In this document: positions 58,489-64,000 of the stretch, piece after piece
Numbering within the stretch: position 1 is the first letter of the stretch
Layout: each line of letters starts with the position of its first letter
Assembly: GCA_041546215.1 (NCBI GenBank)
Contig: JBFEWU010000001.1
Span: 1,056 to 65,055 of the forward strand
Direction of reading: 5' to 3'
DNA from: Draconibacterium sp.
GTDB lineage: Bacteria; Bacteroidota; Bacteroidia; Bacteroidales; Prolixibacteraceae
DNA length: 64,000 nt
Program-made: the position numbers and the translations under genes
The notes under the pieces: generated by a model
Database searches by the model: none
What the model saw: only the letters and a program-made list of their open reading frames with translations
Told to the model about the DNA's origin: nothing

Positions 58489-59049
58489 ATGAAGAAGTGG
58501 GGAATTGCCATAGTAATCGGAATCGTAATTGCAGGTCTGTATTACCTTGAGTTTAGTAAAATAGAAGGCGGCAATCCAACATCTTCTGCATTGCCAACAC
58601 TTGACAACCTGCAGTTTGATGAGGAGGCAAAAAACTGGGAAGACTTTTATAAAGTTCGGGCAACCATCATTGACGGACAAAGCGCTGTATTCGATATCCC
58701 AAAAAATCTGCAAAAATCAGTTGGCAAGCAAATGGAATTAACCGGGGCTGCAGTATTTTTTAGTAGCGGCTGCAAAAAGGCCGGAGACAAAATAAGTGTT
58801 CATTCCTTCTTTTTATATCCCACTCTTGGCCTGGCGAACGCATGTGTTCACCTGCCTGAAGTGGCCATGCGCTGGACCATTCGGATTCATCTTGAAGACG
58901 ATTGGTTAATTTCCAGAACCGATATGATAGATGCACGTGTTAAAGTAAATGGCACTTTCCGAATCGACACACAAAAACCTTACGAATCGGTATTTTTCCT
59001 GGATCATGCCAGAGTAGAATCCATTGGAAATGAGGAGGAACAATTGTGA
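58489..59049 (+). CDS. DUF3299-like membrane-anchored OB-fold protein
   Basis: One TM; GKQMELTG, FFLYP..G..C.H, VKVNGTF; three Cys. Confidence 0.55.
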   Translation: MKKWGIAIVIGIVIAGLYYLEFSKIEGGNPTSSALPTLDNLQFDEEAKNWEDFYKVRATIIDGQSAVFDIPKNLQKSVGKQMELTGAAVFFSSGCKKAGDKISVHSFFLYPTLGLANACVHLPEVAMRWTIRIHLEDDWLISRTDMIDARVKVNGTFRIDTQKPYESVFFLDHARVESIGNEEEQL

Positions 59050-60227
59050 TCAGTATTCTTTTTAACACACTGCTCGAATCAGCACCCTATATTATCCTGG
59101 GCTTTTTTATTGCCGGGATAATGCGCTTTTACGTACCTCCGGGAATCCTTCAACAACATCTTGGTGCAGGTTCACGCACATCCCTGCTTAAGTCGGTTGG
59201 AGTGGGCTGCGTTTTACCACTCTGTTCGTGTGGTACGATTCCCCTGGGTATTGGTTTGTTCCGAAGCGGGGCCACCATTGGAAACATGCTGGCATTTATG
59301 ACTTCAACACCCATTTTATCGCCTGTACTGGTAATGGTCTCCTTAAAACTCCTGGGAGTTAAACTAACCATTACCCTGGTTATTACGGCCATTGCCGGCT
59401 CATTCTTAATGGGCTTTATCGGTAACCGAATTTTAAAAAATCCGGATAAAGAAACTACTGATTCCGAAAAAGCGGTAAAATACAATAGAAGCTCACCTCG
59501 AAAAGAATCTAAAACAAAACTGGCCAAAACCTTAAAATGGTCATTCTTTGATTTGGGCGCCGATGTAAGTGTCGATATTTTAGTAGGTTTAGGGATAGCC
59601 GCCCTTTTCCTGGCTTTTTTACCACTTGGGTGGATTTCAACCTGGCTGGGGCAACAAGAGATCAGCACACTGTTTTATGTCATTCTTTTGGGAATCCCGG
59701 TTTACGCCTGCAGCATTCCTTCGGTTGTGGTTGTGCAGGGATTGCTTTTACTGGGAGCAACACCGGGTGCTGCCATTGCATACATGATTGCCGGTCCGGC
59801 TACCAACCTGGGCGAATTAAATGCCATTGGCAAATCAATGGGTTGGAAATCCGCTTTCTTTTATGCCGGTTCATTGGTCATAATTGCACTAATTGCCGGC
59901 TTAATCACCGACCAGTTTGTTTTTCCCGATTACCAGTATCATGCCTACAGAGTTCAGGGCGAGCTGGTGGTTCAACAGTGTTGTGTTCCACTTATTTTTG
60001 GCGACAGTATTGGTGGCTCCACATCGTCCTCTATTCCCATATGGCACTGGCCATTTGGTGCAATCCTGGCTTCAATTATTCTCTACGGAACAACTAAAAA
60101 AATGCGGTTTTTTATTCTGAATCCATGTAAAGGGTGCAACTGGAAAACCTATGGAGCAAACGGAACCTGTGGATCGAAATGCCACGTCCGGAGGAAGTAT
60201 GAGTTCTTCAGACGAAGATACAACTAA
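59046..60227 (+). CDS. ArsP/DUF318-type permease with Cys-rich C-terminal tail
   Basis: LPLCSCGTIP, AFMTSTP, PVYACS, GPATNL; GTG start overlapping the previous stop. Confidence 0.85.
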   Translation: MISILFNTLLESAPYIILGFFIAGIMRFYVPPGILQQHLGAGSRTSLLKSVGVGCVLPLCSCGTIPLGIGLFRSGATIGNMLAFMTSTPILSPVLVMVSLKLLGVKLTITLVITAIAGSFLMGFIGNRILKNPDKETTDSEKAVKYNRSSPRKESKTKLAKTLKWSFFDLGADVSVDILVGLGIAALFLAFLPLGWISTWLGQQEISTLFYVILLGIPVYACSIPSVVVVQGLLLLGATPGAAIAYMIAGPATNLGELNAIGKSMGWKSAFFYAGSLVIIALIAGLITDQFVFPDYQYHAYRVQGELVVQQCCVPLIFGDSIGGSTSSSIPIWHWPFGAILASIILYGTTKKMRFFILNPCKGCNWKTYGANGTCGSKCHVRRKYEFFRRRYN

Positions 60228-60309
60228 CAACTTGTTTGCAACTTATACCCCTTACTTTACATGTTCTTGCAGAATTGTTTTACCTTGGTTTTGATTTATA
60301 AAAGATAAA

Positions 60310-62466
60310 ATGGCAAAAAAGAAAAAACACAAGCTTCGGAAGAAAAAAGGAAGCGGAACATATAACAAGAAAAAGCTCAAGAACGCAATACTCTCATCCC
60401 TCTATGAAGATCCGGGCAAAACGGTAAATTACCGGCAGGTATCAGGAACTCTGGGGATAAAAGATCCTGAAACACGCAAACTTATCCATGTTGTTTTACA
60501 GGAATTGGCCGAAGATGGTTATCTCGATCAGCTTTCACGGGGAAAATATAAACTTAAAGCAAAAACAGGAACTGCCACCGGAATTGTGGAAATGCAGGCA
60601 AAGGGTTTTGCCTATGTAAACAGCGACGAATTGGAACTCCCCGTAATTATTCCTTCGCACAACTTAAAGCATGCCATGGAAGGCGATAAAGTTCGCATCC
60701 ATGTATTTGCCAGGCGCAAAAAACACGATTTGGAAGGAGAAGTAACCGAGGTTCTTGAACGTGCTAAGTCGGTTTTTGTGGGTACGGTACAAATTTCACG
60801 CAATTTTGCATTTTTAGTACCTACAGGAAAAGTTGGATTCGATATTTTTATTCCCAAAGAAAAATTAAACGGGGCAAAAGACGGTCAAAAAGCCATTGCC
60901 GAAATTAACGACTGGCCGGCAAAAGCACGTAGCCCCTTTGGAGAAATCCTTGAAGTGCTTGGCGACACCGGCGACAACGACGCTGAAATGCACGCCATCC
61001 TGGCCGAGTTTGAGCTACCTCATATTTTCCCGGCAAACGTAGATAAAGCGGCTGAAAAAATTCCTCTGGAAATACCGGATGAAGAAATCAAAAAACGTCG
61101 TGATATGCGTAAAACAACCACTTTTACAATCGATCCACACGACGCAAAAGATTTCGACGATGCACTTTCCTTAAAAAAACTAAGCAACGGTAACTGGGAA
61201 GTTGGTATTCATATTGCCGATGTGACACATTATGTTCGCCCCAATACCATCATCGAAACCGAAGCTCAAAACCGTGCAACCTCGGTTTACCTGGTCGACC
61301 GGGTAGTGCCTATGCTTCCCGAAAGGCTTTCGAACGGAGTATGCTCACTGCGACCCAACGAAGATAAACTTTGCTTTTCGGCTATTTTTGAAATCACAGA
61401 AAATGCAAGTGTAAAAAAACAATGGTTCGGAAAAACGATTATTCACTCCGACAGGCGATTTACCTATGAAGAGGCACAGGAAATTATTGAAACCGGTGAG
61501 GGCGATTTGTCTGCAGAGATTTTAACACTCAATGAATTGGCGGTAAAACTTCGCAATGAACGATTTGGATCGGGTTCCATTGCTTTTGAACGTGTTGAAA
61601 TTAAATTTGAGATTGACGAAGTGGGAAAACCCACTTCGGTATATTTTAAAGAAGCAAAAGATTCGAACAAATTAATTGAAGAATTTATGCTGTTGGCCAA
61701 TAAAAAGGTGGCCGAATTTATTGGTAAAATTCCCGAAAAGAAAACATCAAAAACCTTTGTTTACCGTATTCATGACAAACCCGATCCGGATAAACTGGTT
61801 TCATTTAATGCTTTTATAAAGCGTTTCGGACATGGCATTCAGCTCACAACGCCACGTGCCATCTCAACGTCGCTGAATAAACTGTTAAGTGATGTGAGAG
61901 GAAAAAGCGAACAAAATGTTGTGGAAACCCTGGCCATCAGATCGATGGCGAAAGCCGAATATTCTACACGAAATATAGGCCACTATGGACTTTCTTTTGA
62001 ATATTACTCACATTTCACCTCACCGATCAGACGCTACCCCGATATGATGGTACACCGTTTATTGGAAAAATATCTCGACGGAGGCCGCTCGGCAAACGAG
62101 CAGAAATATGAAGATCTTTGTAAACATTCATCCAACATGGAGGCCAAAGCAGCCAGTGCCGAACGGGCTTCGATAAAATATAAGCAGGTGGAATTTATGC
62201 AAGACCATATTGGCAAAATTTATCCGGGAACCATTTCGGGAGTGACTGACTGGGGGATTTATGTTGAGCTTGAAAATAAAATTGAGGGAATGATTCCAAT
62301 TGCCGAACTTGATGATGACTTTTACATTTTTGATGAGAAGAACTACGCGCTGGTTGGACGGCATTCACATAAAACTTTCCAATTGGGTGAAAGCATTAAG
62401 GTAAAAGTATGGCGTACCAACCTCGAACGAAAACAACTTGATTTTCGTTTGGCAAAACCCGAATAA
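60310..62466 (+). CDS. rnr: Ribonuclease R
   Basis: TIDPHDAKDFDDALS, VYL..RVVPMLP, HFTSPIRRYPD, C-terminal S1 domain. Confidence 0.98.
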   Translation: MAKKKKHKLRKKKGSGTYNKKKLKNAILSSLYEDPGKTVNYRQVSGTLGIKDPETRKLIHVVLQELAEDGYLDQLSRGKYKLKAKTGTATGIVEMQAKGFAYVNSDELELPVIIPSHNLKHAMEGDKVRIHVFARRKKHDLEGEVTEVLERAKSVFVGTVQISRNFAFLVPTGKVGFDIFIPKEKLNGAKDGQKAIAEINDWPAKARSPFGEILEVLGDTGDNDAEMHAILAEFELPHIFPANVDKAAEKIPLEIPDEEIKKRRDMRKTTTFTIDPHDAKDFDDALSLKKLSNGNWEVGIHIADVTHYVRPNTIIETEAQNRATSVYLVDRVVPMLPERLSNGVCSLRPNEDKLCFSAIFEITENASVKKQWFGKTIIHSDRRFTYEEAQEIIETGEGDLSAEILTLNELAVKLRNERFGSGSIAFERVEIKFEIDEVGKPTSVYFKEAKDSNKLIEEFMLLANKKVAEFIGKIPEKKTSKTFVYRIHDKPDPDKLVSFNAFIKRFGHGIQLTTPRAISTSLNKLLSDVRGKSEQNVVETLAIRSMAKAEYSTRNIGHYGLSFEYYSHFTSPIRRYPDMMVHRLLEKYLDGGRSANEQKYEDLCKHSSNMEAKAASAERASIKYKQVEFMQDHIGKIYPGTISGVTDWGIYVELENKIEGMIPIAELDDDFYIFDEKNYALVGRHSHKTFQLGESIKVKVWRTNLERKQLDFRLAKPE

Positions 62467-62634
62467 AGAGAGAATTTCGAATAGTAAATCAATTATATTT
62501 AGCTAAATACAGGCATTTAACAGTCCACAATTCTTAATCGTCTGCAAAAGTAAAATGTTCAAAAAAAGTTTTGCGGCTAAAATAAATAGTTATATTTGCC
62601 TTTCATTAATTCAAAATGATAAACCTATCTGATA

Positions 62635-63237
62635 ATGCAAGATATTAGCAAGAACGGCAATAAAAAAGATGCCAACCGTGAGAATATTTTGAAAATCGCA
62701 CGCGAAATTTTCAGCAAGTACGGCTTTAAAAAAACAACGCTTGATGATATTGCCAATGCGGTTCGCAAAGGGAAAAGTTCACTTTACTACTATTTTAAGA
62801 GTAAAGAAGATTTGTTTCAGGCTGTCATAATGAAGGAGGTGGAAATTCTGGGACACGAGCTGGAAATTGTAATCAACCGCAACACCGATCCGGTGGATAA
62901 ATTACGCGATTACATTCTCACAAAAATGGCCACATTCCGCAACCTGGCTAATTTTTACCACGCCATTGAAAACGATGTTACCGCAGTTGGATTTATCGAC
63001 GAAGTAAAAATGAAATACGAGCAAGATGAAATTCGTATGATTAAACGGATTCTGATTGAAGGCGTGCGTAAAAACGAATTTGAAATTTACGATTTTAACC
63101 TGGCCGCCATTGGAATTACAACGGCGATTAAAGGTCTGGAAATGCCACTTGCCGCAGGGAACTATAGCGATGTAAACCTGGATCGCAGTGTCGATATAAT
63201 TCTGAAAATTATGTGCTACGGAATTATGAAACGATAA
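62635..63237 (+). CDS. TetR/AcrR-family transcriptional regulator
   Basis: N-terminal HTH GFKKTTLDDIA...GKSSLYYYF.SKEDL. Confidence 0.95.
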   Translation: MQDISKNGNKKDANRENILKIAREIFSKYGFKKTTLDDIANAVRKGKSSLYYYFKSKEDLFQAVIMKEVEILGHELEIVINRNTDPVDKLRDYILTKMATFRNLANFYHAIENDVTAVGFIDEVKMKYEQDEIRMIKRILIEGVRKNEFEIYDFNLAAIGITTAIKGLEMPLAAGNYSDVNLDRSVDIILKIMCYGIMKR

Positions 63238-63260
63238 ATCTTAATCCAAATTAGTATACC

Positions 63261-63293
63261 AAGGCCGTTGAAATTTCACACGGCCTTTTTTTT
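63261..63293 (+). terminator. Terminator of the TetR gene
   Basis: aaggccgt ... acggcctt followed by a long T run. Confidence 0.8.
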
Positions 63294-63330
63294 TGAATAA
63301 CCTGAATTAAAAATCAAATAACCCAAATAA

Positions 63331-63458
63331 AAACAAAAGGCTGCCCTACTGACAGCCTTTTTAACCTAAACCAACTAAACCTAATAAACCACAAGCCTAC
63401 CAGAAAGGTAAGCCTGGTGTTTTTCTTAAATATTTTTCGTAACCTTTTTTTCTTCCGA
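63331..63458 (-). ncRNA. Candidate ~125-nt sRNA
   Basis: Perfect -7 element TATCTTTG (63464-63471, minus), no ATG, internal hairpin (63389-63417), GU-rich tract, terminator (63335-63361). Confidence 0.55.
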
Positions 63459-63676
63459 CGGGACAAAGATATTATTTTTTTTTAGTTCATAGAACATTCA
63501 TAGTATTTCTCGAGGCATTTTCAAAAAGTACTTCTTCAATAAATCCATTTCACTCATTATCTGGCTTATAAAGCCATAAATCGAAGGTAAATAAAGTGTT
63601 AAAATAAAATAATTTTTTTAAAATTTCTTCAAAAGTCGAAATAAGCTATTTTTGTTTCCACTAAAAATCGGAATCC

Positions 63677-64000
63677 ATGAAGCATTGTCTCATCACACTT
63701 TATCTTTCACTGGTTTTTTATACTCCTTTGTTGGCTCAACCAAAACACGAGTTTCGTGCCGTTTGGGTAGCAACAGTAGCAAATATCGACTGGCCATCAC
63801 GCAGAGATTTAAGTACGAACCAGCAAAAGGCTGAAGTCATTAAAATACTGGATATGCATAAAAGCATGGGGATGAATGCAATTATCCTGCAGGTTCGTCC
63901 GGCAGCGGACGCTTTTTACCAATCGGAACTGGAACCCTGGTCGCGATACATTTCCGGAACACAAGGACAAGCTCCATATCCATTTTACGATCCGCTGGAA
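63677..64000 (+). CDS. GHL10/YddW-family glycoside-hydrolase-like protein, N-terminal part, runs off window edge
   Basis: Manual translation MKHCLITLYLSLVFYTPLLAQPKHEFRAVWVATVANIDWPS...MNAIILQVRPAADAFYQSELEPWS. Confidence 0.92.
   Translation, partial: MKHCLITLYLSLVFYTPLLAQPKHEFRAVWVATVANIDWPSRRDLSTNQQKAEVIKILDMHKSMGMNAIILQVRPAADAFYQSELEPWSRYISGTQGQAPYPFYDPLE

Noticed and set aside
478-63834. Many 60-275 aa ORFs antisense or out of frame to real genes (e.g. 14888..15715 -, 6375..6953 +, 4129..4737 +, 59150..59668 -)
   Set aside because: Shadow ORFs fully overlapping well-supported genes, with no recognisable motifs
1-64000. rRNA, tRNA, CRISPR arrays, prophage, IS elements
   Set aside because: No cloverleaf, rRNA-like, repeat-spacer, integrase or transposase signatures seen by eye; tRNAscan, Infernal and ISEScan would confirm

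Overview
Chromosomal window from a Bacteroidota genome. Gene content and TAnnTTTG-type promoters suggest a Prolixibacteraceae/Marinilabiliales-like organism (inference). It holds about 52 intact CDS. From left to right: an ABC+TolC+MFP+RND export operon; patB-like, ruvC, lipA/lipB; a divergent archaeal-style thymidylate synthase; a Gfo/Idh/MocA gene with a HEAT-2xDUF1080 partner; trpS and trpB2; lplA and an AAA ATPase; a large phosphate-type locus (two OmpR-family two-component pairs, a porin, two tandem PiT-family transporters and a phoU remnant); rpoN and asnS; an ECF sigma/anti-sigma/periplasmic-sensor module; a TonB-dependent receptor; PhoD; a DUF3299-like/ArsP-type permease pair; rnr, a TetR regulator and the start of a GHL10 gene. 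I found no rRNA, tRNA, CRISPR array, integrase or intact transposase by eye. The best new signals are non-coding: identically positioned 11-bp-period TTAC arrays at the phosphate promoters, a shared CGCAAG-N15-GTGTCA promoter motif in the ECF module, a Trp leader-peptide attenuator on trpB2, and a candidate GU-rich sRNA near 63.4 kb. Two small pseudogene fragments (phoU and a LuxR HTH) are also present. All family assignments are motif recognition from memory; no searches were run.
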